Assembly: GCA_964596445.1 (NCBI GenBank)
Contig: CAZQUQ010000001.1
Location: forward strand, 3,357-58,913
DNA: 55,557 bases
DNA from: an uncultured Oscillospiraceae bacterium
Lineage (GTDB): Bacteria > Bacillota > Clostridia > Acetivibrionales > DTU013
Direction: 5' to 3'
Shown: piece by piece, positions 27,911 through 37,628 of the stretch
Layout of the letters: each line of letters starts with the position of its first letter
How positions within the stretch are numbered: position 1 is the stretch's first letter
Translations under genes and position numbers: made by a program
The notes under the pieces: model-generated
Databases searched by the model: none
Told to the model about the DNA's origin: nothing
Seen by the model: the letters and a program-made list of their open reading frames with translations, nothing else

Positions 27911-29149
27911 TCAAGCGCTTACTTCAGCAAGATTTCTTTGTATCTCTTCCCTGATGTCATTTCCCATCGTGTCGCCATATATGTCATAATAACTGTTCAA
28001 AATATCAAGTGCCAGGCTTTGTTGACCAAGTGACTTATACATCACGCAAATATCAAGTATGATCCAGAAGGTCAGATCCTTCTGAGGATTCTTATCGAGA
28101 GCGTACATGTAATAGATGATCGATCCTTCCAGATCTCCCAGCTCTCTCAGTCTGTATGCTTCGTCTATGCATTCCTCAATAGTCATAGCTCCGCCATCAT
28201 GGATATTATTTTCTATACCCATTTTATCAATATTTTCAGTACTGTCAACAGATTTTTCTTCACTAAGCGCATCATAGACCACATTTCCAGCAATTTCTGC
28301 AGTTATTTCATCATTTTCTCCGTACCGTTCCGACAATTTATCCGTATATCCCGTATCCAGTCCGGCCCAAAGATCAGTTTCCGTATTTTCCTGCCCTGCC
28401 GGCATGTATGTCTCTTCCTGATCCGCCGGCAAGTATGCTTCCTCCTGATCCACCGGCATGTACGCTTCCTCCTGTCCTGCCTGCACATATGCCTCTTCAT
28501 GCTCCGCCGGCATGTACGTTTCTTCTCCATGCGGCAGGTCGGGCTCATTGGATCCTGTTTCGGCCTGCTCTGCCGGTTTCTCTTCTTCTCTGCCGATATA
28601 GTTCAGATAAATCTGTTCCAGAAAGTTGCTGCCTGCGGCATCTGTACCTGCAGCATCTGAGATCGAACTGTTCCTGTCATCATCTCTGTGGAGGGTTTCA
28701 GGAACAGATGCGGTACTGCCGTCTGAAGCCTGCTGATCCGCCGTGTTTACTGATGCTGCATCAATGCTGACAAGACCTGCATCACTTCCGGCGCTTGCGT
28801 TTGCTCCGGCCGGATCCGCGGTTTTGACAGCTGCAGGCTTTGCTGCCTTTTTGTCCGTTTTGCTGTTTGGCACAAGGTATGAAATCAATATACTGAGTAT
28901 GAAAACAATAGCCATATAAGCCACAAAGGCAGCTATGGTGATGATCAGCAGGAAAGATGCATCCGTGTCATTTTCACCTGCAGACAATGCACTGAATATG
29001 CCGGGCATGACTAATGCCGTGATCAGGGAAGCCAGTGTAACGGAAGCAATTGTTCTGAAATTGAACACCTTGAGTCGGTGGAATATAACTGACATTATGA
29101 TACCGCTGACAGCCACCGTGCAAACACTTATGATCATATATACAGGCAT
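27911..29149 (-). CDS. membrane protein with acidic 9-aa tandem repeats and a C-terminal TPR-like domain
   Basis: The start is moved to ATG 29147-29149, preceded by CAGGAGGG. It has about 3 N-terminal TM helices, a low-complexity A/S/D region, 5 x EE[AT]Y[MLV][PQ]... repeats, and a C-terminal helical repeat (YRLRELGDLEGSIIYYMYALDKNPQ...YKSLGQQSLALDILNSY). Confidence 0.7.
   Translation of the reverse strand: MPVYMIISVCTVAVSGIIMSVIFHRLKVFNFRTIASVTLASLITALVMPGIFSALSAGENDTDASFLLIITIAAFVAYMAIVFILSILISYLVPNSKTDKKAAKPAAVKTADPAGANASAGSDAGLVSIDAASVNTADQQASDGSTASVPETLHRDDDRNSSISDAAGTDAAGSNFLEQIYLNYIGREEEKPAEQAETGSNEPDLPHGEETYMPAEHEEAYVQAGQEEAYMPVDQEEAYLPADQEETYMPAGQENTETDLWAGLDTGYTDKLSERYGENDEITAEIAGNVVYDALSEEKSVDSTENIDKMGIENNIHDGGAMTIEECIDEAYRLRELGDLEGSIIYYMYALDKNPQKDLTFWIILDICVMYKSLGQQSLALDILNSYYDIYGDTMGNDIREEIQRNLAEVSA
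28391..28525 (-). repeat. five tandem 27-nt (9-codon) repeats inside the CDS
   Basis: Units at 28391, 28418, 28445, 28472 and 28499 encode EETYMPAGQ / EEAYLPADQ / EEAYMPVDQ / EEAYVQAGQ / EETYMPAEH. Confidence 0.9.
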
Positions 29150-29308
29150 CCGGTACCCTCCTGACACGCTTATATAAATAAGCAAATTTGCTGATTGCTG
29201 AACATTCCATACATAATTCGATACTAAACCTCATAATTCCTTCTTTTTGCAAATTTTTCTTCATTATCTATATTTGTCACCCAAGTCTGGCGGGATCCCG
29301 AGCACTGG

Positions 29309-31003
29309 TCAGTTGAACTCAACACACAGCAGCGTTATGTCATCATCAGCTGCACTGCCGCCGATAAACTCCTGAATATTATTTCTTAATCTGCTTATCA
29401 GTTCTGTCTTCGATTCTTCCATGCCTGCAGATGCACAGATCAATGACCTCAGCCTGGCTGCCGTATACTGCTCATTTCTGCCGTTCCTGACCTCAACAAG
29501 TCCGTCAGTATAGACATAAAGCCTGTCTCCTGCATTCACCCACATTTCGGCATCCCTGTAATCCGCTTCGCAAAACTCCTTAAGCTTGCATATCGGGAAG
29601 CCTTTTATGTCGATTTCTGTCAGCTGCCCCTGCGCATTCCCGTACAGCGGCAGCTCATTCATCCCGGCAGAGCAGAACAGAAGCTTGTTCGCTTTTATGT
29701 CATATATGAAATATATAAGAACGATATATACCTCATCTTTGAAATTGGTTTGATTAAAGGCATCATAAACATATGTCAGAACACGGGACGGCGCCGAAAC
29801 GCTTCCAATGCTCCTGTCGGCCTCGATCAAGCTGCTTATGCACTGCTTCAGGAATACTGTCAGCATGGCCGCCGGCACTCCATGTCCCGAAACATCGCAT
29901 ACATAAAAGCCGATATGGCTCTCATCCAGCCAAAACACATCGTAAAAATCTCCGCTGAGCCTTTCGGCCGGCATATACAAAACGCTGAAGCCTATATGAG
30001 GCGTACTGGGGAAAAACGACGGAAGCATCGACTTCTGGATATCACGCGCATAGTCCAGATCCTCGATCAGTCTTTCATTTATCCGCCTCAATTCCGAGGT
30101 CCGCTGTGATACTATCATATCCAGTCCGGTGGCATATTCCCTGAGTTCCTCCTGAGCCGCACTCAGCGCTTTATAAGGAGCAAGCACGTTTTTTGAGAAT
30201 ACCACATTGAATACCATAAACAGAGATATAGCCTTCAAAACATGCCCGATCAAATTATAGACATCGTAAACATCGATATATATGGTGAAAGAAAACTCAC
30301 CGATGATGCTGAGCAGCAGCGCCGAAAACATTGTGAACAGCACCGGGTTTTTCAGCATGAAATATTTTCTCAGATAGAAGAATGACGCTGCAGCAGTTGT
30401 CAGCATTATTACATATTCCAAAAAAATCTTGATATCGGTCATGCCATGACCCTCAATATACATGGCTGGCAAAATTCCGGGGAGAAACGTTGCTGCAGCA
30501 AAAACAGATATCGATATGAAAAAGGCGGCTGCAGTAAAATAGTACCCGCTGATTTTACTTTTTCTTTCGTCGTTCATACAGGCTGCAGTCAGATAAGCAA
30601 GAGATGAGATCAGCCTTCCCGCGATCCAGAAGATAGTTGCTCTGTCGGCTGTCAGATTCTCGGTGAAGAATGCAGGCATGCCCTTATAACTCAGAACATG
30701 GAACACATCGAGGACACCGGCGGAAAAAAGCAGCGTTCCAAGTACTATGGCCTTCAGCTTGCCCTCCTGCCGGTATGTATAGAAGGATACGAGAAATATA
30801 GCCAGATTTCCTATGACTCCGGTAATTTCAAGCAGGTTATGCCAGGCCAGGAAACCGGCAATACTCATGATTCTGTCGAATGTGGCTTCCAGAGCAGGGG
30901 CTGCCGCAAGAAGCACCAGCGATCCAATCACTGTCAGCGCAGATGCTGCCATGCCCAGGTTAATTCTTCTATTGAGTTTGACTGTCTTTTTCAATTCAGC
31001 CAT
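29309..31003 (-). CDS. membrane-bound PP2C-family (SpoIIE/RsbU-type) serine phosphatase with a multi-pass N-terminal sensor domain
   Basis: 564 aa. About 8 TM helices (possibly MASE3-like: AWHNLLEITGVIGNLAIFLVSFYTY), a coiled linker, then the PP2C core SGDFYDVFWLDESHIGFYVCDVSGHGVPAAMLTVFLKQ ... DGLVE ... DDITLLCVEF. Confidence 0.85.
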   Translation of the reverse strand: MAELKKTVKLNRRINLGMAASALTVIGSLVLLAAAPALEATFDRIMSIAGFLAWHNLLEITGVIGNLAIFLVSFYTYRQEGKLKAIVLGTLLFSAGVLDVFHVLSYKGMPAFFTENLTADRATIFWIAGRLISSLAYLTAACMNDERKSKISGYYFTAAAFFISISVFAAATFLPGILPAMYIEGHGMTDIKIFLEYVIMLTTAAASFFYLRKYFMLKNPVLFTMFSALLLSIIGEFSFTIYIDVYDVYNLIGHVLKAISLFMVFNVVFSKNVLAPYKALSAAQEELREYATGLDMIVSQRTSELRRINERLIEDLDYARDIQKSMLPSFFPSTPHIGFSVLYMPAERLSGDFYDVFWLDESHIGFYVCDVSGHGVPAAMLTVFLKQCISSLIEADRSIGSVSAPSRVLTYVYDAFNQTNFKDEVYIVLIYFIYDIKANKLLFCSAGMNELPLYGNAQGQLTEIDIKGFPICKLKEFCEADYRDAEMWVNAGDRLYVYTDGLVEVRNGRNEQYTAARLRSLICASAGMEESKTELISRLRNNIQEFIGGSAADDDITLLCVEFN

Positions 31004-31119
31004 GCATAACGTCTCGCATCAAAACGATTTGTACCGCAGAAAATATTATCATACCTGACATACTTCGATATAATTTTACCATAAAAATGAATGTCAGGTA
31101 TAATTAATTGATACATAAC

Positions 31120-31143
31120 AAAAAAAGACATTCCCGGAATATC
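31120..31143 (-). terminator. rho-independent terminator of lon
   Basis: The minus-sense RNA forms GAUAUUC-CGG-GAAUGUC (7 bp including one G-U) followed by U7. It lies about 33 nt after the lon stop. Confidence 0.6.
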
Positions 31144-31175
31144 CGAAAACGCCTTTTTGTCCTGTTCTAAGCAGG

Positions 31176-33614
31176 TCACATCTGCTGTATCCCGGCTTGT
31201 CCGTCCGACAATGAGTCTTCCTTTGCCAGCAGCATATGCTTCCGGTCTTTGCCTGCATCTTCTGCATTATCAGCTGCCTTTTCAGGAACAAGCGCATTGC
31301 ACAGCACGGTGTCCATGTCGGCAGCCAATATGAACTTGATCCTGGACTTTACGTTGTCAGGAATTTCATCGATGTCCTTCCTGTTTTCCACAGGTACGAT
31401 AACCGTATCTATCCCTGCTCTGTGGGCAGCCAGCACCTTCTCCTTCAGTCCGCCGATGGGAAGCACGCGGCCCCTAAGCGTTATTTCGCCGGTCATGGCT
31501 ACATTCCTTCTGACTGCTCTGCCAGTCAGGGCAGATACCATTGCGGTGGCAAGCGTAATGCCTGCAGACGGCCCATCTTTCGGTATAGCTCCCTCAGGCA
31601 CATGGATGTGTATATCATATTTGCTGTGGAAATCCTTGTCTATCCCAAGCAGCTCAGTTCTTGAGCGAATAAAGCTGACCGCAGCCTTTGCCGACTCCTT
31701 CATCACATCGCCAAGCTGTCCGGTGAGCTCAAGCTTCCCGCTGCCGTCCATCAGCGTGACCTCAACAGCAAGCGTATCGCCTCCCGCCGGCGTCCAGGCA
31801 AGGCCTGTGGCAATACCCACCTCGTCTTTTTCATTAGCCTTGTCATATCTGAACTTTTTAGTTCCAAGATACTTTTCAATATTCGAAGGAGTTATCGAAA
31901 CGGACTTTTTGTTCTCCGCAACCAACGCTCTGGCAGCTTTTCTGCATATACCTGCTATTTCTCTTTCCAGGTTCCTTACGCCGGCTTCTCTCGTATAGTG
32001 GTTGATGATGCTCCTTATCGTTTCCTCACCAATTTTCAGGTTCCTCTTCTGCAGACCGTGCGCCTTCATCTGTTTTCCCAGCAGATATCTCTGCGCTATC
32101 TGTACCTTCTCCTCTTCGGTATAGCCCGAGATCGATATGACCTCCATCCTGTCAAGCAGCGGGCGCGGTATCGTATCAAGCGTGTTGGCTGTCGTGAGGA
32201 AAAGTACGTCGGACAGGTCCACCGGCAGCTCGAGGTAGTGATCCCTGAATGCGAAGTTCTGCTCGGAATCAAGCACTTCCAGCATCGCTGACGCAGGATC
32301 TCCCCTGAAGTCGCTGCTCATCTTGTCAATCTCGTCGAGCAGTATAAGCGGATTGCTGGAGCCGGCCTGTTTGAGCGCATTGATTATCCTGCCCGGCATC
32401 GCTCCGATATAAGTGCGTCTGTGGCCTCTTATCTCTGCTTCGTCCCTCACTCCTCCGAGTGACATCCTGACATAATTTCTGTTGAGCGCTCTTGCAATGG
32501 ATTTCGCTATGGATGTCTTTCCTACACCGGGAGGGCCCACAAGGCACAATATCGGCCCTTTCAGGTGGTTCGTCAGCTTGAGCACCGCAAGGTATTCCAG
32601 TATCCTGACCTTGACCTTCTCAAGGCCGTAATGGTCTTCCTCCAGTATCTGTTCAGCCTTTTTGAGGTCTATCATCCCATCTGTCTTCCTGCTCCATGGC
32701 AGATCGAATATCCAGTCCAGGTACGTCCTTATTACAGAGCCTTCTGCAGAGCCTGACTGCATTTTCTGCAAGCGGTCAAGTTCCTTGAGCACCTTCCTGT
32801 GCACCTCTTCCGGAAGCTCTGCTGCTTCGAGCTTTTTCCTATATTCTTCGACCTCTCCGGCAATTCCGTCCTTGTCGCCAAGCTCTGTCTGTATTGCTTT
32901 GATCTGTTCCCTGAGATAGTACTCACGCTGCATTTTGTCTATCTGCTTGCGTACACGTACGCTTATGTCCTTCTCGACCAAAAGTATCTCTATCTCGCTC
33001 AGCAGCATCTCCAGAAGCTTTTCCATCCTTTTTTCGGGGTGGAACTCGCTGAGTATCTCCTGCTTCTGATCTACTTTTATCTGCATGTTCGATGCTATGA
33101 TATCTGATAACTGACCGATTTCATCTATCGCCGAGATGGATGAGACCGTTTCAGGAGAAATCTTCCCGTTTAGCTTCGCATACTCATCAAAGGTACTCAA
33201 TACCTTTCGCTTCAGAGCTTCATACACTACCTTCCTGTTCTTGTCCCCAGGAACCACTTTTTCAGCGACTTCTGCAATGAAATATGGTTCAGTCTGGACA
33301 TAATTCTTCACTTCCGCTCTGCTTATGCCTTCCACCAATACTCTTATCGTATTTCCGGGAAGCCTCAGCAGCTGCTTGACCCTTGATATGGTACCGACAT
33401 TGTATATATCATCGACATCAGGAGAATCGTTTTTGGCGTCCTTCTGAGCTGCAAGGAATATCATCTGATTGTTGACCATAGCCTCATCCAGAGCTCTTAC
33501 GGATTTTTCCCTTCCAACATCGAAGGTAAGGATCATATAAGGAAACACTGTCAGCCCTCTGAGCGGCAATAGCGGAAGAGTCCTTTTCTTTATCATCTTT
33601 TTCGATTCAGGCAT
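31176..33614 (-). CDS. lon: ATP-dependent Lon protease (LonA)
   Basis: 812 aa. Lon N-domain, Walker [10 protein letters not shown], and protease Ser/Lys motifs [15 protein letters not shown] and [14 protein letters not shown]. Confidence 0.97.
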   Translation of the reverse strand: MPESKKMIKKRTLPLLPLRGLTVFPYMILTFDVGREKSVRALDEAMVNNQMIFLAAQKDAKNDSPDVDDIYNVGTISRVKQLLRLPGNTIRVLVEGISRAEVKNYVQTEPYFIAEVAEKVVPGDKNRKVVYEALKRKVLSTFDEYAKLNGKISPETVSSISAIDEIGQLSDIIASNMQIKVDQKQEILSEFHPEKRMEKLLEMLLSEIEILLVEKDISVRVRKQIDKMQREYYLREQIKAIQTELGDKDGIAGEVEEYRKKLEAAELPEEVHRKVLKELDRLQKMQSGSAEGSVIRTYLDWIFDLPWSRKTDGMIDLKKAEQILEEDHYGLEKVKVRILEYLAVLKLTNHLKGPILCLVGPPGVGKTSIAKSIARALNRNYVRMSLGGVRDEAEIRGHRRTYIGAMPGRIINALKQAGSSNPLILLDEIDKMSSDFRGDPASAMLEVLDSEQNFAFRDHYLELPVDLSDVLFLTTANTLDTIPRPLLDRMEVISISGYTEEEKVQIAQRYLLGKQMKAHGLQKRNLKIGEETIRSIINHYTREAGVRNLEREIAGICRKAARALVAENKKSVSITPSNIEKYLGTKKFRYDKANEKDEVGIATGLAWTPAGGDTLAVEVTLMDGSGKLELTGQLGDVMKESAKAAVSFIRSRTELLGIDKDFHSKYDIHIHVPEGAIPKDGPSAGITLATAMVSALTGRAVRRNVAMTGEITLRGRVLPIGGLKEKVLAAHRAGIDTVIVPVENRKDIDEIPDNVKSRIKFILAADMDTVLCNALVPEKAADNAEDAGKDRKHMLLAKEDSLSDGQAGIQQM

Positions 33615-33660
33615 TTGACCATCCCCTTACTAAACTGAATATGTTTATGCAATGGTCTTA

Positions 33661-33689
33661 ATTATAACTTGTACAAAGTTCTTTTTCAA
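33661..33689 (-). promoter_or_regulatory. promoter of lon
   Basis: On the minus strand: TTGAAA (33684-33689), 17-nt spacer, TATAAT (33661-33666). It lies immediately downstream of the stop of the preceding gene. Confidence 0.6.
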
Positions 33690-33694
33690 TTGTT

Positions 33695-35065
33695 TTATAT
33701 GGTAGTCCGTTCACAGTATGCTTCAGCGCGGGACAGCATTTCTTTATCCGGCATTTTTTCGCCGTAGCGAACATGTTCATATATTGCGGTGAACTGGCGG
33801 AGCTCATCCCTGAAGTCCTCAGGGAGGCTTTCCGATGAAGAAGCTTTATCGGCAATTTCCACTGCGGTATCCGAAGCCGTGAGCCTGACCCCCCGCGTCA
33901 CAAGAGTATCCAGGATCAGCCCATACATATATCTGACTCTTTGCACAGGATCGCTTATCTTTCTAAGATGTCTGTAGGTCCTGCGTTTTTTCGGCCTGGC
34001 GCTTCTGGCAGCCATTTCTCTTACAGGCAGTACGGTTTCTGTCAGATCCACGTACTCGCTTTCAGCGTTGTCCGCTTCTGCACCCTTTATCATGAACACC
34101 TTCCTCAGCCATCCCGCTATCCTCGATACGATGGCCGGGATTTTCGATGCCGCCAGAAAGACCAGTTTGTAGAGCAGATAGAAAAATATGAAATATTTGA
34201 AAATGTTGAAAATGAGGCCGCCCAGCGGCGATGGCGGCGGCATGGCTGCATCGAACATGCCGTCACTGCCTTCGGGCAAGCCTTCCCCTGGTGCCCCCAT
34301 ATCGGGAGTAACCTGCCTTATAAGCCACAAAAATGCCGAAATGACGGCGCCCAAGATCTTCCTTGCAAGATCCAGAAGCCAGATGACCACTGACCTGAAG
34401 TTGAATAACAGCAATACGGATAAAAAGACGATACATACCAGCGTGGTGTTGAAACGGCGCATATTCCGCGGCAGCACAGACTTTTCCACATGCTTTTTAT
34501 CGTAAATATTTCTGTCGATATCTTCCTGATTCTTTATGATCATGTATGAAAATATGAGAAAGTACATTACTCCAAAATACCACGGGCGCAAATGTGAAAG
34601 GCCGTCGATCAGGAACGGGAGCTCAAGGCATACCGTCAGGAAGAACAGGCCCGCATACAGGCTGGTGTCTCTCAGTACCTGCCCGGGGGCTCTCTCAGAA
34701 TGCCTCAGTGCGGTAATATATGCAATGATCACGACTGTCAATTCAAACAATATCCTCAGAACGCTTTGACGACTATATATCACCAAGGCCGCAGCAGCAG
34801 GGACGATCATCATTGCCCATGATGCCGCTGATCTGACGAAACGGCTCGTGTTGCCTATATTCAGCATAAACGCAGCAAACCTGGCAGTTTTGGCCTGTGA
34901 TAACCACCTTATCCATCGGGCGTTATCCTGAAAGATGTCTCCTGTAATGTAAGCAATACATATACTAAATGCGTAGAGCGCAAGCGCCTCAGGCCAGCCG
35001 TCATTGACAAACAGCCAGGCACGGAGCGTGACAGTACAGGCGCATATACACGAGCTGACAGCCAA
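33695..35065 (-). CDS. multi-pass membrane protein with C-terminal DUF4129-like domain
   Basis: 456 aa, TTG start, about 8 TM helices. The C-terminal soluble part (RVRYMYGLILDTLVTRGVRLTASDTAVEIADKA...FTAIYEHVRYGEKMP) is typical of DUF4129 proteins that follow MoxR/DUF58 genes. No transglutaminase Cys-His-Asp core is seen. Confidence 0.65.
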   Translation of the reverse strand: MAVSSCICACTVTLRAWLFVNDGWPEALALYAFSICIAYITGDIFQDNARWIRWLSQAKTARFAAFMLNIGNTSRFVRSAASWAMMIVPAAAALVIYSRQSVLRILFELTVVIIAYITALRHSERAPGQVLRDTSLYAGLFFLTVCLELPFLIDGLSHLRPWYFGVMYFLIFSYMIIKNQEDIDRNIYDKKHVEKSVLPRNMRRFNTTLVCIVFLSVLLLFNFRSVVIWLLDLARKILGAVISAFLWLIRQVTPDMGAPGEGLPEGSDGMFDAAMPPPSPLGGLIFNIFKYFIFFYLLYKLVFLAASKIPAIVSRIAGWLRKVFMIKGAEADNAESEYVDLTETVLPVREMAARSARPKKRRTYRHLRKISDPVQRVRYMYGLILDTLVTRGVRLTASDTAVEIADKASSSESLPEDFRDELRQFTAIYEHVRYGEKMPDKEMLSRAEAYCERTTI

Positions 35066-35137
35066 GACTGCCAGTAAACGCAGCAGTTTTGTCCTTATAC
35101 CTGTCTTTACTTTTTTTGCGCTCTGTTCTATTTTCGC

Positions 35138-36349
35138 TCACCCCATTTCATCACTGCCGGCCGGCTGCCTGTATTCAATACCGCCGACCTTCTGATGATC
35201 TCCATATAATCGCTGTGCTTCGATCCGGTTCATTTCGGAAAGCACATAAAGCTCTGCCAATTGCGGTTTTATACTGTTTTCGAACACAGTGTCGAGCAGC
35301 ATTATACTGACCCTGGCTCCCTCAGCCGCGAGGCGGTCTGCCTGTCTGCATATCTCACCGCTCAGATAAGCTGTGATAATTACCACTTCAGTATTTGTCA
35401 ATTCACCGGATACATCATCCAGCACCGCTTCAAAATCCTTTACGTTTTTCATAAGCAAACCTGCCAGGATCCTGAAAACAGAAGTGATATGATCCCTGCC
35501 GGCGGCTTCGCCGGTCACTATGGGCGCCCTGGCATCGGCAGAGGTACAGCCGTTGGTGATAAACCTGACCGGCCTGCCTTCCCTTAGAGCATCGTCCAAT
35601 AACGTTGCGGCAACCTTTATGCCGAGTTCCGCCATTGTCTTGTCGATGGTGTCGGCATACTCATAAAGCTTCGACTGCATGTTCAGAAGTATCGACAGCT
35701 TTTGCTGCGAAGTGTACTCGTTTTTTCTGACCATCAGTTTGCCGCTTTTGGCGGAAGCAGGCCAGTGTATGCGGTTCAGCGGATCTCCCGGCGTATAGTC
35801 GCGTGCGCCTGACACGATAAACGGATCATCGATGATGTGTCTGCTGACTACAGTATCGCTTTGCTGCAGGCTGATGGGAATAAAATAGCTGTCAAGATCA
35901 ATTGTTTCAGGATAAACGGTGAGTTCCGCATTCACCGGCACAGCAATGGAAACAGTGTGGAAGTTCAGCAGGTCGCCGCTTACCAGTGAGACATTTTCCG
36001 TGCGGAAGATCCCTCTTTTAAGGCATTTAAGTTTCCATTTCCTGGTGACCTTCTGATAGCTCCTCAGTGCAAAGCTGCTGGTCACATGCCTGTTTTCCTG
36101 CGCGATGACAGAGCATGTCTCTGCATAGTCCAGCCACTTCGACGTATGGATATCAGCCCTCAGCCACGGCACCGGCAGCAGCTTGCCGTTGTAGACCGTT
36201 TCGACGACACTGATCGTGTCGCCCTCATGTGCTTCGGAAACACTGAACTCGCAGCTGTACTCGAGCTTATAGAATACGTATTTACATAATATCAGCATCT
36301 GTATCCAGAATACGAACGCAAGGATCAGCAGCAGCGCTATGACATCCAT
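35138..36349 (-). CDS. DUF58 domain protein
   Basis: 403 aa, N-terminal TM. DUF58 signature ARDYTPGDPLNRIHWPASAKSGKLMVRKNE. The start ATG overlaps the MoxR stop by 1 nt (translational coupling). Confidence 0.85.
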   Translation of the reverse strand: MDVIALLLILAFVFWIQMLILCKYVFYKLEYSCEFSVSEAHEGDTISVVETVYNGKLLPVPWLRADIHTSKWLDYAETCSVIAQENRHVTSSFALRSYQKVTRKWKLKCLKRGIFRTENVSLVSGDLLNFHTVSIAVPVNAELTVYPETIDLDSYFIPISLQQSDTVVSRHIIDDPFIVSGARDYTPGDPLNRIHWPASAKSGKLMVRKNEYTSQQKLSILLNMQSKLYEYADTIDKTMAELGIKVAATLLDDALREGRPVRFITNGCTSADARAPIVTGEAAGRDHITSVFRILAGLLMKNVKDFEAVLDDVSGELTNTEVVIITAYLSGEICRQADRLAAEGARVSIMLLDTVFENSIKPQLAELYVLSEMNRIEAQRLYGDHQKVGGIEYRQPAGSDEMG

Positions 36350-37302
36350 CAGATCTCCTCCGTAGGAACACGGACCCTGCCCAGTATATCGCGGATAATA
36401 TTCTCAGCGTTTTCAGTCCCGCTTAGGATGGCATGCCCTTTGATCATGATACGGTGGGCCAGGACCGGGACGGCTGTTTTCTTGACATCGTCGGGCGTAA
36501 TGAAATCACGGCCTTCGAAAACGGCGCTGACCTGTGCCGCCTTCATCAGTGCGATGCTGCCCCTTGGACTCACGCCCAGCGTTATCCTGTCATCATGCCT
36601 TGTCGCTTCTATGATATCGATTATATATCGTGAACAGGCGTCCGAAACATTGACTTTCGTGACAGCAGACTGTGCATCGGCAATGTTTTCCGAGGATGCC
36701 GCCGTGAGAAGCTCCGCCATAGGATCGGAATTTCTGAACCGCTTCAGTATTTCCATACCGCCGGCAGTGTCGGGATATCCCATTTTCAGACGCATGAAAA
36801 ACCTGTCAAGCTGTGCTTCCGGGAGCGGAAACGTGCCCCGTGTTTCAACGGGGTTCTGTGTCGCTATGACGAAGAAAGGTTCAGGAAGCTGTCTTGTCTG
36901 TCCGTCGACCGTGACCTGCCTTTCCTCCATACATTCAAGGAGGCTCGACTGAGTCCGGGGGGTAGCCCTGTTTATCTCATCGGCGAGAACTATGTTGGTA
37001 AACAACGGTCCCGGTCTGAATACAAATTCACCTTGCTTCTGATTGTAATAGCTTATACCGGTAAGGTCGGACGGCAGCAGGTCCGGCGTGAACTGTATCC
37101 TTTTGAAATCACATTCGAGAGATCTGGCCAGACATTTGGCCAGCATGGTCTTGCCGACACCGGGAACATCCTCGAGCAGTACATGTCCGCCACAAAGCAG
37201 TGATATCATTACAAAATCGATGGTGTCGCCTGTTCCTACCAGAACCTTTGAAATGTTCTCCCTCACGACCTCTGCCAGCTTTTTTACATCAGCAAGTTCC
37301 AT
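36349..37302 (-). CDS. MoxR-family AAA+ ATPase
   Basis: Walker A EDVPGVGKTMLAK, Walker B ADEINRATPRTQSSLLECMEERQVTVDG. I prefer start ATG 37302 (GGGGG RBS). The track start at 37317 is possible. Confidence 0.9.
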   Translation of the reverse strand: MELADVKKLAEVVRENISKVLVGTGDTIDFVMISLLCGGHVLLEDVPGVGKTMLAKCLARSLECDFKRIQFTPDLLPSDLTGISYYNQKQGEFVFRPGPLFTNIVLADEINRATPRTQSSLLECMEERQVTVDGQTRQLPEPFFVIATQNPVETRGTFPLPEAQLDRFFMRLKMGYPDTAGGMEILKRFRNSDPMAELLTAASSENIADAQSAVTKVNVSDACSRYIIDIIEATRHDDRITLGVSPRGSIALMKAAQVSAVFEGRDFITPDDVKKTAVPVLAHRIMIKGHAILSGTENAENIIRDILGRVRVPTEEI

Positions 37303-37321
37303 GATTGACCCCCACATTCAC

Positions 37322-37513
37322 CTAATTTTCATTATTCTGAGCATCCTGATGCATTTGGTTCCATATCCTCAGGTTTTCCTTATCCTGACGATACTCCGGC
37401 AGGCTCAGCACGACGGAAATTATCAGTATGATCACGATGATGATGATCTCCCGGATAACAGATGGTTCAAGCTCTCTTATCCAATTGACGATCCGCCTTA
37501 ATGCCGAAAACAT
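37322..37513 (-). CDS. small (63-aa) single-pass membrane protein, first gene of the MoxR operon
   Basis: ATG 37511-37513 is preceded by AAAAGGGG at 6 nt. The sequence is MFSALRRIVNWIRELEPSVIREIIIIVIILIISVVLSLPEYRQ.... The stop is about 17 nt before the preferred MoxR start at 37302. Confidence 0.5.
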   Translation of the reverse strand: MFSALRRIVNWIRELEPSVIREIIIIVIILIISVVLSLPEYRQDKENLRIWNQMHQDAQNNEN

Positions 37514-37628
37514 AAAAAACCCCTTTTTACCGCCTGCCAATATATTTAAATACTATCATTCCGTTCATATCAAGACAAGTAGACATTTTTTCTATATATG
37601 GTAGGTAAAAAGAGGTTGATTTTAAATT

